DNA of 63,430 nt, counting the filler, from Rhabdomonas costata (taxonomy: Eukaryota), in the NCBI GenBank assembly GCA_019059605.1. It is 40 parts of 40 records of this genome, joined end to end, with 100 filler letters (N's around TTAATTAATTAA, not from the genome) between each part and the next. Parts side by side here need not be neighbours in the genome. Positions count along the whole stretch, not along the records: positions 47,648 to 49,135 come from JAHMHO010014682.1; positions 49,236 to 50,723 come from JAHMHO010014683.1; positions 50,824 to 52,311 come from JAHMHO010014684.1; positions 52,412 to 53,899 come from JAHMHO010014685.1; positions 54,000 to 55,487 come from JAHMHO010014686.1; positions 55,588 to 57,075 come from JAHMHO010014687.1; positions 57,176 to 58,663 come from JAHMHO010014688.1; positions 58,764 to 60,254 come from JAHMHO010014689.1; 32 more parts are not named here. One strand, written 5' to 3'. Below, piece by piece: positions 48,933-62,159 of the stretch. Positions within the stretch are counted from its first letter, which is position 1. The number at the start of each line of letters is the position of its first letter. The notes below the pieces were generated by a model. The model saw only the letters and a list, made by a program, of their open reading frames with translations. It was not told the origin of the DNA and did no database searches. The position numbers and the translations under genes are program-made.

Positions 48933-50658
48933 CTGCAGCGCCCACACCGACACCGCTCACATACAAAGATGACACAGACACACCGCCCACTGCAAGTCCT
49001 CTTCTCAAACTTCTCAAAGGAAATCACCCACCAGCTCTATCGTGTCAATGTGATTCAAGATCCCACAGCAAAGGATTTCTCAAAAAACGTTCGGAGCTGA
49101 GTAGGCTCAGACCACTGCCATGGACACAACCCCCCNNNNNNNNNNNNNNNNNNNNNNNNNNNNNNNNNNNNNNNNNNNNTTAATTAATTAANNNNNNNNN
49201 NNNNNNNNNNNNNNNNNNNNNNNNNNNNNNNNNNNGGAACCGTGAGTCCCAGGCTTTCTTTGGTGTGTATAACCGCCGCCTGATGCGCCCACCATGGCTC
49301 GACAATGTGGTGACCTGAGTCAGTTTTAGCTGCTCGAAATGGGTTTACTCCTCGATCATCTCGCCAGCGTCTACTGTTGAATGCCGAGTGGTCGATCCGG
49401 TCTTTGAGGAGAAGCACGCTGCTGTATGGCAGCTGCGGAACCAGAGAGCCGGTCAGCCCGGGCCTGCCGTGCCATTTCAGGTCATTTCTGTGGCACTGGT
49501 TGCTCGGCCCCTCGCCTAGCTGTGACAGGGTTTCCCCAATCGGAATTCAAGCCTCTGGTTCATGGCCCTCGTGCACCACCAGGTTTGCAACCAACCGCCA
49601 GTGACGTGGGAACTTGGACTCTTTCTCTTCACTTTTCTGCACTTGGGAATTATGTTACTGAAGCTGTTCCTGCTACTCTCAAAGGCTGTCATGTGGCCAC
49701 CCCAGCACCCTCGGTCCAGCCTGATAAGGTCGAAGAAGCTGTTCCGGAACTCTGGAGGCGGAAAGCAGGGAAGAACAAGCTCTACTGTACTACAGTTTCA
49801 CCAAAATCTGGCGCGCCCGAACAACAAAAGACTGAAATGCAGAAGAAATATGCGCAGAAAACGAACCTTTCCCAAACGTGAGAAACGAACCTAAAAACAA
49901 AGTTCTCCTTTCAAATCTTGAGTTTTGCACATAGACGACACGGGCTCGCTCAGTCATCGGATCGCCTGCTTACTCATACGACCGCTGCAAGCATTCAGGA
50001 GGGTCAAGAGAGCGCCATCCCACTCGAGGTGAAGTGGGCTGGCAACACTCCCGTCTGGAGAATCCTCAAGGGTCATTTACGGATTGACATACAGGAGTAA
50101 AACGACAGCAGAAGAAGAAGAAGAAGAAATCCAATCTTTGGAACCAAAGGAGCCATATTGAGAAAACATGAAAACCGCACAACACTCCATTCTTTTCTGG
50201 AGCCTTCACTTCATTGGGTGTTGTTTTCAGGGAAACCAGGGGGACGAGTGCAACTGTGACCAGGTTGTGTTCCAAGGGACTCCTGAACAGAGTTATTTTC
50301 CGTTTGGTCCGGTTTCCTACGCCGGTTTTGATTCGGTAAAGACCCGTCTTTATGTGTCGCCTTCACTCATGGCTTCTTCCCTGAAAAGTACTTCCAAAGG
50401 GGGCGGGGCAACTGCCGCGACTATGTTCTGAAAGAGGAATGAACCATGCTACAACAAGGCTTGTGAGAAAAATATGCTGACATAAGTAGGAACGTCCTGT
50501 GGACGGACCGAACACGCATGTCACAAATTCTTGTCCGCATGGCTCACAGCACACGCACACCTTCCTTTCTCACACTATGAACGCAAGTACACAGACATGA
50601 TACTAAACCTGCGAACATTTCTGCTGAGCAATTACAAATAGGAATAACCTCAGAAACT

Positions 50659-50692
<34 letters not shown>

Positions 50693-52213
50693 AATGCCGT
50701 GAGTTTTGTTGATAACCAAAACANNNNNNNNNNNNNNNNNNNNNNNNNNNNNNNNNNNNNNNNNNNNTTAATTAATTAANNNNNNNNNNNNNNNNNNNNN
50801 NNNNNNNNNNNNNNNNNNNNNNNTTGTTTTTTTCCCCATGGGCGCGCATTCTTCGTTCGCGGGGGATAGGGCTAGGCGTTTGATTGTTCTGGAGCCTTGA
50901 AAGCGCCGGTATTCTATTCCAAGGCGCCAAGAATACCTCCGTGACTCTCGTCGTTTTCTTTTCTCTTTAGGGCTAAGCGAGTGAAGAAGCTGGTGAACCG
51001 CCTGTATCCGTTTGGCAGCGGTCGAAGGGGACCAACGGTGTGCTCGAACCTGCTAGAAGTCTCGCTGCTGACTCACCACCTGTTACCTCTGTTTGCTCCC
51101 GGCAAGTTATTCAGGATAATGCGGGCTGATACGCGGTGCACAAGCTCAATTAGGGCACCCAGATGACCGAGACAGCCACATCAGCCTGCGTGGCCAACCG
51201 ACCGAACACGCAGGCATATATACAAAGTGTAATAAGTCGATACATGCAGTGAGTCCGTGAAAGCCGTGAGAGGTCAGCACGCCCCTGGAGAGGGGTACCT
51301 CCGCAGAACGATTCCGGCCAAGTGCCTCAGCACACCGTGTGGTCGGGTGTATGGTGATGCATCCTCACTACGTTCTCATTCCCAGATTTCCTCGCCGGCA
51401 CCTCATTCAGTCATCTGCCTTAAGGCACAACACGTTGAGCAATTGGCAAGGGTTTTTCTGGGAGGGGTCTCTCCCCTTGGGCTCCCTCTCGACCCTGATC
51501 CGCCACTTAGAGACCAGAGACCAGCTGGGTGTCACCTTGCACGTGGGTGGTGGGCCCGTCCCGACTGGGAGGCGAGTCTCGGAAGTTGACTACACGAACC
51601 AAGCACACCGGGATGCACATCATCCTCTCACATCGGGAAGCGGGAAGTATGAGCTGAGTAAAAAGGCCTTTAGCCCTCCGAGAGCCGTCCTAAAGCCTGT
51701 GATCTCGGACATGGTGAAGGACTGCCACAGGGCTCAACACAGAGCTTAGATGCATCGATCAGTGGAATTTTACACTACACTCCCCCTGGGCTCCCTCGAT
51801 GATGGGGATGATGGGCTTATCGGGGCCTTACTTCATTGATGGCCACGGTGCCGTGTTCCTCTCTCTAGTCACAGAGGCTTGGCCTTCCCCATGCGACCCC
51901 CGATCCAATGAGTACGCGGAGGCGATGGGTGCCCCGAATTCAAACACGTACACGCTTGCACACAGGCGAGCTTTGACAAGGCCGTGACGATGCTGACAAA
52001 GAGCTATGGGCTGACTGACGAGCAGGCCGAAACCACGCTAACCTGGGGCATGCTCTCCGTTTCTGCCTCTGCAGGTGCTGCCTGAACTGTGTTTTACACA
52101 TTTTTCTCGGTGTCTTCTCTCTTTCTTGCTTGCCCCCCCCCCCAGTGGCAAACAGGTTGCGTGTCGATGCATGGGACACGTGGCCTCTGGAGCTCCCTCC
52201 CTTTTTGTGCACC

Positions 52214-52253
52214 CCCTCATCGTCCCCCCTTTTTGAAGGGGGGACGATGAGGG
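52214..52253. repeat. Perfect 18-bp hairpin with 4-nt loop
   Basis: CCCTCATCGTCCCCCCTT-TTTG-AAGGGGGGACGATGAGGG. Confidence 0.92.
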
Positions 52254-53397
52254 CTTGGCGTTGGTATTAACCAGCGTGCTTTTATTTTGAGCCGTTTTTC
52301 CCCACCCAACANNNNNNNNNNNNNNNNNNNNNNNNNNNNNNNNNNNNNNNNNNNNTTAATTAATTAANNNNNNNNNNNNNNNNNNNNNNNNNNNNNNNNN
52401 NNNNNNNNNNNAAAGAGTGGGGTTCGGGAGATCCCCCTTCGCCGGGAAAGCGCTGTCGAGCACCACTGGTCCCCCTGTGCGCAGAGGAATACGGTCTAGA
52501 GCGCGGATGGGAAGGGCCGTGGGCTTGCCTTTTATAGGTTCCTGTGATGCTGTGGCTCCGTTCTTTTCGTTGTCTCGTCTATGCCGGGGTGCATGCCTCA
52601 GAGACATAGCCGTGTGGTTATAGGGGAGTTCCGGGGGGTACGGGAGTTGGCAGGCAATCCTTTCCTGATGTCTGCCCTCAAAAATTCGATGCGTGCTTCT
52701 TTTGTACTCTACTCTGGGAAGTACGGGGCTCGAGCCTCGCTAACTCAGCCTTTTTTTTGTGCGTGCTTTTTCCATCGCTGGAGTTTTTATGAAAAGGAAG
52801 CGTGTTTTTTGTTCGACGGCATGCTTTTGCTTTTGTGTTCTTGTGTTGATTGCTGTCGCCGCGGACTCTAGCAGCAAGGCGAGTGAGAGACTGTATGGCG
52901 AGACACAGAGAGAGAATCAAGTCAACACGACAGAAGACACATCCGATTGAGAGAGAGAAGAAGAAGAAGAAGAAGACACCGATACGGCGGAAAGTGCATT
53001 CTTGTGGAGACCTTCGCTGGCCTGTAAGTTAGCACTTTCTCCATTTTCTGGGTGGCGGGTATCGCACAACGTGCAAAAGAGGCCAGAACGTTGAAGCTAC
53101 GGTTCAACTGTGTACAATGAGGTGCAATGGAATGCATGGAAACGAGTGGAAGGCTCTTCGCTGTCCGTTTTTTGTTTTGTATGGATTCTAGAGCCAGACT
53201 GCCAGTACTTCCCACTCCACTTTCTTTTGGCTTCTCGCAGAAGAAGCGAAGCGGGACGCGCCTTTGTACCTTTTGCTTTGCCTTCACACTTCAAATTGTG
53301 TCAGCGTATTTCTTGTGAAGTCACTGTCCTCTCACTCACTCACCGCCTTCTTGGCTGTTTTGTTCGGGCTCGGGTGGGTGAGGTGGGAGCAGAGGAC

Positions 53398-53692
53398 ATG
53401 GCTCTGGCACCGGAGGAGAATGCGATGAAGAAGGGCTCCTTCCGAAGCGTCGGTGCAACCCCCCCCCATTTTTGCCCTTTTGCAGGAATCGCATAAGCCT
53501 TGGAGAAATTGTAAAAAATGGAATGTCCTGGAATCTTCTCCCATTTTCTGTGCTGCTTTTTTGGGTCCCTCTCAATTGTATTTTTTGGTCGTTTGTCAGG
53601 ACTGTGCAAGGAGCTGGTGTTTGCCTGCCACCAGATGGGATTTAAGAAGCCCACAAGGATCCAACTTTTGGCCATCCCTGAAGCTCTAAAAG
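53398..53692 (+). CDS. DEAD-box RNA helicase N-terminus (Rrp3/DDX47-like); exons 53398-53452, 53600-53692
   Basis: SFRSVGLCKELVFACHQMGFKKPTRIQLLAIPEALKG is the Q motif; phase-1 GT-AG intron. Confidence 0.88.
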
Positions 53693-54258
53693 GTGCTGCC
53701 TTTTTGGCTTCACAGGGGCATCCCCCCCCCCTGCACTCGACCTACTACTCCCCAACATTTTTACGGTGTCGTTTATTTCTGAGAGCTGTGTTCTGAGAGC
53801 TGCTTTCCGTCCTGGACATTAACAACCCGTGGGCGGATCTGAACGCAATGTTAGTTCCACAAAGGTCCACATGCAAACATCAAGGAATAAACCACAAACN
53901 NNNNNNNNNNNNNNNNNNNNNNNNNNNNNNNNNNNNNNNNNNNTTAATTAATTAANNNNNNNNNNNNNNNNNNNNNNNNNNNNNNNNNNNNNNNNNNNNC
54001 AGAAGGCAAGTGGGGGGGGGGGCAGGCCTGCAGCTAAGCGTAAATTTGAGAGGAAATACCGAGAAAGCCCACCTGTTTTTTTATTTAGGGAGGGTTCTGG
54101 TGTTCGAGCAAAAAGAAGATGAGCACAGGTTCGGGCGATGGGAAAGACCTTCAGGGGGGGAATTACGGAAATGCAAAAAAGAAAAGGTGCGCAACCAAGC
54201 GTGTGTGGATTTGCGCGGTGGTGCGTGTTTTGCCCAGGAGGGGAATGAAAGAACACAC

Positions 54259-55294
54259 CAGCATCTCAAAAATCAGAATGCCGAAGCCCCACCAGTCCAC
54301 CGAGGCATTGTGACCTGTGAGACCATTGAAAACTTGAAAACGCCATGGAAGAGCACCAGCCAAAGCAAGCCCGCGAAAAATCCAAATGGGCAATGTGCGC
54401 CCGACGACAACGGTGCGCTGAGATGTATCAATATACTTAGACTGATGTCTTGGTGGGTTGGGTGATTGAGGGGGGCCTGTGCGCATCATAGCAATGCTGA
54501 CATCACTGGAGCAGGAAGCAAGCTAAAACTGAGGCACAGCGTTACCAAACATGGGCTGAGAGGCAGGAGGCCGGGGAGGGGCAAAGATACCCTGGTCGGA
54601 GACGATCTCGGGGGCCAAATACTGTGTGAACATGAAACAACCGATAACGACCACCCCACCCACCCTGCAACCCCGCCCTGCAATCCACTACTCCTTGACA
54701 AGAAGCGACAAGATTGTCATGCCCAAAACAAAGCCGAAGGTCAAATGTCCTCGAACATCAAAGCTCCACACCCAAATCTCCATATATAGCAGTATTACTC
54801 ATCAGCAAAAAAGAACTTAAATTGAAAAGAATAGAAGAAACGCAATGGAAGTCGAGGGGCGCTCTTGCCCGGGTGAGACCTCTTTTGAAAGCCCTGAATC
54901 TGTCCACTGTCCACTTTCCCATCGCAATGGGTCTTCGGAATGGGGGGGGGCCTCTCTGATGATTTCCAGCTTCTCGTTCCCAAAATCATCCACAGGCACT
55001 GCATCCCTGCAAGTAGATGTTGCGGGGGAGCTGATCACATTGACGCAAACACAGACTCAAAAAAGGATGACGGCGCTTCAAAAAAATGCTCGTTCAAAGA
55101 AAAATGATGGCGTACCTCCACAGTGCCCACAAAGCTGTTGAACCGGGGCAGGGACCCGCTTCCCGTGGAGATCTCCATCTGATCCCCGACCTGCACCATG
55201 TGCAGGGTGTGCGGGGCGGCCTGCTTGCTGAGGTCAAAGTCTGTCAGGCGGAGGTGGCCCGACTCGTGGATCAGAATGTTCTCGGGTTTCAAGT
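54259..55294 (-). CDS. AGC kinase of the DFD type (phototropin/Kin82/Nrc-2 group); exons 55294-55116, 54621-54591, 54314-54259
   Basis: DLKPENILIHESGHLRLTDFDLSK...NSFVGTVE|YLAPEIVSDQG|HNASVDWWGFGILIFEML. Confidence 0.9.
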
Positions 55295-58200
55295 CTGCGA
55301 GAGAGCATCGCAAAGTAAGAAGCGCGCGGCACATTTCTGGCGAGCGGATTTATATTGGTGCCTCTTCAAAGAGAAAAGGTAAAGATCGAGTTTCGAAGAA
55401 GTCGAGTTTCGACGGAAAGTGGTATAAAAAGGAAGCTTCCAGTATCTGAGCAAGCTGGGAGTTACAAGGATGGCAAAGACACAACCANNNNNNNNNNNNN
55501 NNNNNNNNNNNNNNNNNNNNNNNNNNNNNNNTTAATTAATTAANNNNNNNNNNNNNNNNNNNNNNNNNNNNNNNNNNNNNNNNNNNNGAGTTCATTTTAA
55601 GGTTCAATGTAGGAAAAATGTCTCGAACGGAATAAAATTATGCAAAAAAAATAGCACACCGCCATGCGGAAAATCCACCGGCAATCGCGGCCAACACCAT
55701 ACAGAAGATTGCCCAAATCACGGCAAAGAACAAGGAAGAGGCTCTGTGGTGATCAGAGCTGGCTATCCGCAAGTTCGGTGTACACCAGACCTGGGAGAAA
55801 TCCCAAAATCGAGGCATTGCTTTAAAAACCTGGTTTTTCAGCTCAAAGAGGTCTCTTCACAGCAAGTCACAGCGTTCAAGTGAGAGGAAAGTAATGCCTT
55901 TGCTGCCTTCGGTAGACCGTAAATAGAGGAGAGACGGTCAATCATTGGTTTCGTTGTTTGGTGCGCCCACAGGCGCCGCCCACAAATTTTCGACGCCATT
56001 GAAGTGATAATTCGCCCTCACCAATGGCCGCGTCCAACAAAGCAGTACGCCTTGAGTTCGGTCCACTTTGCCCTCAAACCAGAACAGGATGTAGGCCCCC
56101 TTCATTCATCTTCCGACACACCTGTAGCGTGCTCAGAACGGTCCCCCACCATGACGATGACTTTTGCACCAATCGGCTGTGGGAAGGCCCGCTCTCCCCG
56201 GAGAACCCAAACTCCTCCGAGGTAGCAATGGAGCGTGAGCGACCTCGAGAGGAGGGATTTTGAGCTTCGATTGGGAGCTGGTGGTGGTGGTGGGGGAAGC
56301 TCTGCACCACCCCAGGCGGAACACAGAATGAAGCCCGGTGCGGCCCCACTGCACCAGGCAAGGCAGAGACACCGCTTGGACGCCGCGGCTCCAACACACC
56401 CACCAGGCTGCTCTGCGCTGCAAGGACCTCACGGTGTGCAGCAGGACAGCGTGAAATCTCGGAGCCAAGCCCGGCGAGTGTGTGGGTGTATGCTGGCGTC
56501 GAGCACGATGGCAACGAAGCCGCATCAAAGCGGGCAAAGGGAAACCGTCCCTCCTCCGAACTTCGCATCGGGATCCCCTTTGCCTACAATCCAGCACAAA
56601 GCTACACCTCAGAGCTCAGAGGCTTAAATGATCCGAATAACAAGTCGAGCGAAAGGGTCGAGAGCTGAGTCACATGCGGGCAAAATCTTTCTGAGGGCAG
56701 ACTTTAGCCAAAGGCGTCGGGTTTGGAAGCAACTTGAACAATTTTGTGAAAAGAAGTTTTCGCAAGCATTGACACCGCAATCCTTGTTTCAATTTTGATG
56801 CAATATAATAACGGCGCAGTGCCAGCTACAAAGATAGAGAGTTCTGAACTCTACATTCGACCACGTTCATTGGTACTGCCCGTGACGTGTGAGCTACCTT
56901 GAAAATGTTTGCAAGGTTGACCCTGCAGTACCGTGCGAATGTCGCGTATCCACTGATTGAGTTGTCGTTGCCAGCTATTTTTTTTTGGAGAACGCAGACC
57001 CAACAAAAGTGCACCACGTATACAACCAAAATTCATGGTTGTACCAGTATGTCCCGCTCATCCACAGTGCCAAAANNNNNNNNNNNNNNNNNNNNNNNNN
57101 NNNNNNNNNNNNNNNNNNNTTAATTAATTAANNNNNNNNNNNNNNNNNNNNNNNNNNNNNNNNNNNNNNNNNNNNATCCGTTGAAAAAGGTTCTTCGGTT
57201 CATTTGAATTCGAAGAATTTGTCGAACTTGCAGAGTTACACCACCTAGGCAGGAATCCCCGGTGGACAGTCAAGTTGCCCCGACAGTATGCATGGGCATT
57301 CATGTCACCTGATGGTTCAACCATCAAGTTTGAAGTTTATGACGTGAATCCATTATTGTCGGTTGGAAAGTTTTTCAGCGGGGACGCAGACTTGCAGATC
57401 AATGAGGTGGACCGTGAAAGGTAAATCCACCAGCTGAGATTTGAACCTAGTAACGCCGGAATGTCCTTTGAAGCTATGTTGCAGAAGTTCGAAGGAAAAC
57501 GAGCCTAAAATGTGGACCAAGCGCCATTGTTGGTGAAAGTGAGTATTTTCAAAACGCCTCGTGCTAACCAATAATATGGAGGGAACAGGACCCGAGTAGA
57601 GTTCTCACGCGAGAAGGTAAATTATTGTCCATTTTTTCACAGTTATGACCACTTTTTAAATTGAGTTTTGTCTACCACTACATCCACGCAAAACCTCAAC
57701 AGCACCTACCAAAGCAACCCAAACGTAGAAGCACGAACCACAGCCATGTAACTTGATAGAACAACGAAAGCAACATAAGCGGAAAAACCTAACCAGATAC
57801 CGAACATAACCACGCTCACCACAGACACAGTACTCACCAACGCCAACACCACGAAAGCACGAATCGACACAGAAACAGAAACAATGGTCAGTGGTCAAAG
57901 TCCAACGTGGACACCTGGCGTGCGGAGCTTTGTGTAATAATAATAAGCCACAGCTGGTACGGCTTATGTCCTCTTTTTTTATTTTTACGCTTTTCTTGTG
58001 ATGAGTTCTGCGCTATCTCTTCGTCAGCTGTTTGGTGTTGATGCTTAGTATGAATTCGTCTCTCTGTGCACACGGTTTTCTGATGCCACCTGCTACAATA
58101 TAACAACTAAGTCCGAGACATGAACCTTGAACCTGAAACAACGGAGACCGAGACAGGCAGAAGTCAAGTTAACACAGAACACAGAACCCAATGAACTCAC

Positions 58201-59558
58201 CATGAACATACCGTGAAGAAAAGAACAAAAACTGAAGGCAGAAACGCGAACCCGAAACCCAGAAGGCCTACCACATCCACGGTCCTACAGTAATATCAAG
58301 AGAAGCGAACACAGGACCCTGTACCACCATCATCTCCAGAGAAAAAACCCAGAGAATGGAACCAGAATCCAGAATGCTGAACCATACCAACGAAGACGTA
58401 AATCGACACTACCCTGAAGCCAGCGCACCGAATACACCCATCACCCAGCACAGAACCCCTAACTCACGCACACAAAGGACTACAGACGTGTACAAAAAAC
58501 CATAGAACCCAACACAAAATTACTAGCCCCACTACAACCCTGCATAATATCTGTCCCTAAACCAAACCCGGCCATTAAATGATTGAACAACGAAAATTGC
58601 AACGCATAAAACCACGCAAAAATAAAGTAAAAACGCAGGGTTGGAAATTCTGACACACACCCCNNNNNNNNNNNNNNNNNNNNNNNNNNNNNNNNNNNNN
58701 NNNNNNNTTAATTAATTAANNNNNNNNNNNNNNNNNNNNNNNNNNNNNNNNNNNNNNNNNNNNTGTGTTGGTGGTGCGACGGTCCCTCTTCCTTCGTTGA
58801 TGTATTTCTTTGTTCCTCTCCGTTCTCTTCCGATGATCCGCCGATGCACGCACACCTTTTCCACCAATCATCATCATGTCGCAGAGTTTGTGTGCATTTC
58901 GCCCGTATACCAGTTCCCTGTCTCGTTTCCACCTTTTCCCTATTCCTCGTCTCGTCCCGTCCCCCGTGTTCATGTGTGTTCCAGCACGTTGCCTGCACTG
59001 ATACCCTACAATGCTTGGGCGTGTAAGCCCCCCCCCCCAATTCAATGAAGAGAAGCGATGGCCAGTGAAGGTATTTCGCCTTAGAAAACGAAGTTTAAAG
59101 CGCAAAAAGAAACCTACAGATTGACGGAGATGCAATCATTGAATTTTTACCGTTTTCGAAGTGTTTAAGACGCGTTTCGCTGTTCGAATTGGCGGCTTTT
59201 TTATTTCCCGGCGGGCTTATCGCTAGCAGCTGTGAGTGCAATTTAACGTTTTGTAAAGAGTGCTAAAAGATAGCCAATTGCTGCACCCCATTGGAAAAAG
59301 GTAGCCAACAGGATCCGTGGAGGAGACCTTGGGAAGTCTGCCCTGTGAAGGGATAACTGCTACGTGCATGCTTGGATCCAAAAAGCAAAACCTAAGCACT
59401 GACAAATAAGCCAGCCAATAAAAATGATATTCGAAGTCTTGATCAATGACCCGTGGTAAACGTGGCCAGCAGCTGCGCCGAATACAAAGCCCAGAAGAAC
59501 TTCCGCCGTGAAATACTGCACAGGCTGAAAAAGTAGCACCAAGGAACACTGAGAACAG

Positions 59559-59560
<2 letters not shown>

Positions 59561-59602
<42 letters not shown>
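59561..59602. repeat. (CA)n microsatellite
   Basis: Perfect dinucleotide run. Confidence 0.97.
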
Positions 59603-59604
<2 letters not shown>

Positions 59605-61380
59605 GACGTATCAGCTCACAACCAAATGCATTTTTCTTGTCAGCCTTCCCATGCCAAAATCCCTCCCAAGGCTTCCGTAGCGGTTTCAGCGCGAAGGGGA
59701 GGGGCACGCACAAGTTACACAATTATTGGGGGCCGAACACGCACCCACCAGCTTCCTTCCTTCTTTCTTTTCGTTCTCGCACGCGAGGTGCTGGGGAGGC
59801 ACCCGAAGCAACCAATGGTCTTAAGAAGCTGTGGCCACAACGACAGCACGCAGCGACCGCTCGGAAAGACACGGCAGAAGAAACTTTCGAAGCAATAACC
59901 CTCCCCCTCCTTCGCAAACATGGCAGCGTCGACCCTTTCCAACCACAGTGAACCAAAACAAAAGAACCCGCGCACCGCTGGTTCAGGGCAAACCACATCA
60001 CCGATAATGTGGCACTGGAGAAGAGGGATAGGGGGAGGAAGTATGCATCGAAATGGCAAGAGCACATCAAACGGGTAAGCTGACATTGTCACCATACTTT
60101 CATGGGGATCTACCAAGTGCCTATCCCGTGAGGGTTCAACGGGAATCTCCGCCCATGAGGAAAACAAGAATACAAAATTGGAGCACCTTTCACGATGGAC
60201 GCTCAATCACGTTGGCAAAAACGGGAAGTCTGACCCCCCCACAGAAGGACCAGCNNNNNNNNNNNNNNNNNNNNNNNNNNNNNNNNNNNNNNNNNNNNTT
60301 AATTAATTAANNNNNNNNNNNNNNNNNNNNNNNNNNNNNNNNNNNNNNNNNNNNGGTGTTTGTGGGACAAAGAGCGACCGCTTCACAGTGCGATGCTGGT
60401 TGATTCTGCGCCGGTTGTGATGCGAAGTCATCGTGTGTGTTGCACCCCTTACGTCTGATGCGTCAACTCAAAACTATGTCGACCTAACTGCACTAATAGT
60501 GCGTTGAAAGACTTCCACCATTGATGAAACTTTGACTGACATGCTTTACGCTGTTGTGAAACCCACATAGTCACTGTCACGTGCAATGCGGTCAGCAAGT
60601 GATTACAGTAACACACCAACGACATACACCCCGACGATGTGCGATGCGTAGTCGCTGGGTCAAAGCCTGTAAGTCATCAAGATACACCGTCACGTGCGAT
60701 GCTGTTGTTGCCTGTGCTGTGCGATGCTATGCTGCTGCAACGTGTGTTGCTGACAGCGGAGCTTCACAGAAATCCAGCGATTAATGATCGTGTGCTTCAA
60801 ATGCCAGTGAAGTTTAATAGTACAGTATGGTAAGTAGAAGTGAGAACGTGGACTTGCACTAGTCACAAATACAGAATACAAGCGTGATGGAGCAATTTTT
60901 TGAGCATTTAACGCTGGTGTATTGACAAGGAATGCTAACACTACCGGATTATTCTTCCTTTTACCAAAGCATATTTTCTTTTGCAATCACTACCGGGTTT
61001 CTTCCAAAAGAACTAACGCTGACAGCTTTGTTTCCTGAGGGTGTTTTCCAGCCGTTGAAGCTCCAGTGAAGAAGGAACAGACTATCCACCTCCGAGTCCA
61101 CTACTTTATACAGCTTGCCTTTGGGAACCATGTAGTTCCAGTCCTGTTGGATTCAGGAGCGATGCCCTTGTAGCTGAACTGCAACTACCGCGCAAGCGTG
61201 AGAAGCAGTTGATGTAATTCAGAGTCGCCAAAGGAACCACATTTGTTGTTGACACCTTTGACAGAGTGTCAGCCTTGCTGTGCAAAATGCCTGTGCGCCT
61301 TTTCTTTTGTGTGATTTCCACCCCATTCCAGTAGTCTCTGGCTACACATTTCTCCGCCAAAATCAACATTGAGTGGATTG

Positions 61381-61842
61381 AAAAAAGCTCAAAGTTTAAA
61401 TTGTAGGCGTGAGATTACCTACGAGATTATCGCCATACCTGTTTCTGACGTATTCAGAATGTACGGAAGGCTAATAAAGCCCCACGCAATTTTGCTTCAT
61501 GACAATGAACTAGCGGAGTAGAATCTCACACAAGTCGAAGTTGCTTTCTCACAGACTAACTCCGCAGCATGTGGAGAGCCAAACATATTGAAGGCGTACC
61601 GATGCCCGGCAATTCAGATGCCACCACCTTTGATTTGGTGAATTCATCACTACCAGTCGAGATTTTTGCCATCTCTTCAGAGGACGCCGATGAACTCTCC
61701 GATAGAGATCGCCAGCAGATCTCTAAAATAGCAGATCCGAGGCTAAAATCCAAGCTAAGACGAAAGCTGTCCACACGCCGTCTCGTTGTGATGCAGCTTG
61801 ACATCAAAAACATCTACCAAAAACTCAGAGGTCACACAACAC
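61381..61842 (+). mobile_element. Possible degraded reverse transcriptase (Penelope-like) remnant
   Basis: LVVMQLDIKNIYQKL resembles RT motif A (hhxDhxxhY). Upstream KAQSLNCRREITY...PVSDVFRMYGR resembles motifs 1-2; broken by a stop and a frameshift. Confidence 0.35.
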
Positions 61843-61948
61843 NNNNNNNNNNNNNNNNNNNNNNNNNNNNNNNNNNNNNNNNNNNNTTAATTAATTAANN
61901 NNNNNNNNNNNNNNNNNNNNNNNNNNNNNNNNNNNNNNNNNNTGTTGG

Positions 61949-62159
61949 GGTGCAACGTCTACCTGCTCTTCCCCTTGGCCTACTAGTATTTGCGGTGCCA
62001 CTGAAGTTGCCCAGAAAAAGTGTAGTAATCTGCATGTCCATGGTGGCGAAGAACTACATAAAATGTGCCTTGAATACCTTAAAGCCTGGGTTACGATGGA
62101 GAGTGGCATACACCGCAAATACTAGTAGGCCAAGGGGAAGAGCAGGTAGACGTTGCACC
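61949..62159. repeat. Perfect 49-bp inverted repeat with 113-nt spacer
   Basis: 61949-61997 is the exact reverse complement of 62111-62159. Confidence 0.93.

Noticed and set aside
52013..52050. CTGACGA-GCAGGCC-GAAA hammerhead-like core
   Set aside because: Stem II has one pair, and there is no UH cleavage triplet or stem I partner.
56480..56550. WVYAGVEHDGNEAASKRAK resembling the end of retroelement RNase H
   Set aside because: The conserved His spacing and Asp are missing and no upstream RNase H motifs are found.
57185..57600. Interrupted frame (FEVYDVNPLLSV...) resembling a Plavaka-type transposase
   Set aside because: The similarity is impressionistic with no catalytic motif; needs a profile search.
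1489..61942. Regularly spaced TTAATTAATTAA as a CRISPR-like or biological repeat array
   Set aside because: Always embedded in N runs of fixed length; it is an assembly linker.
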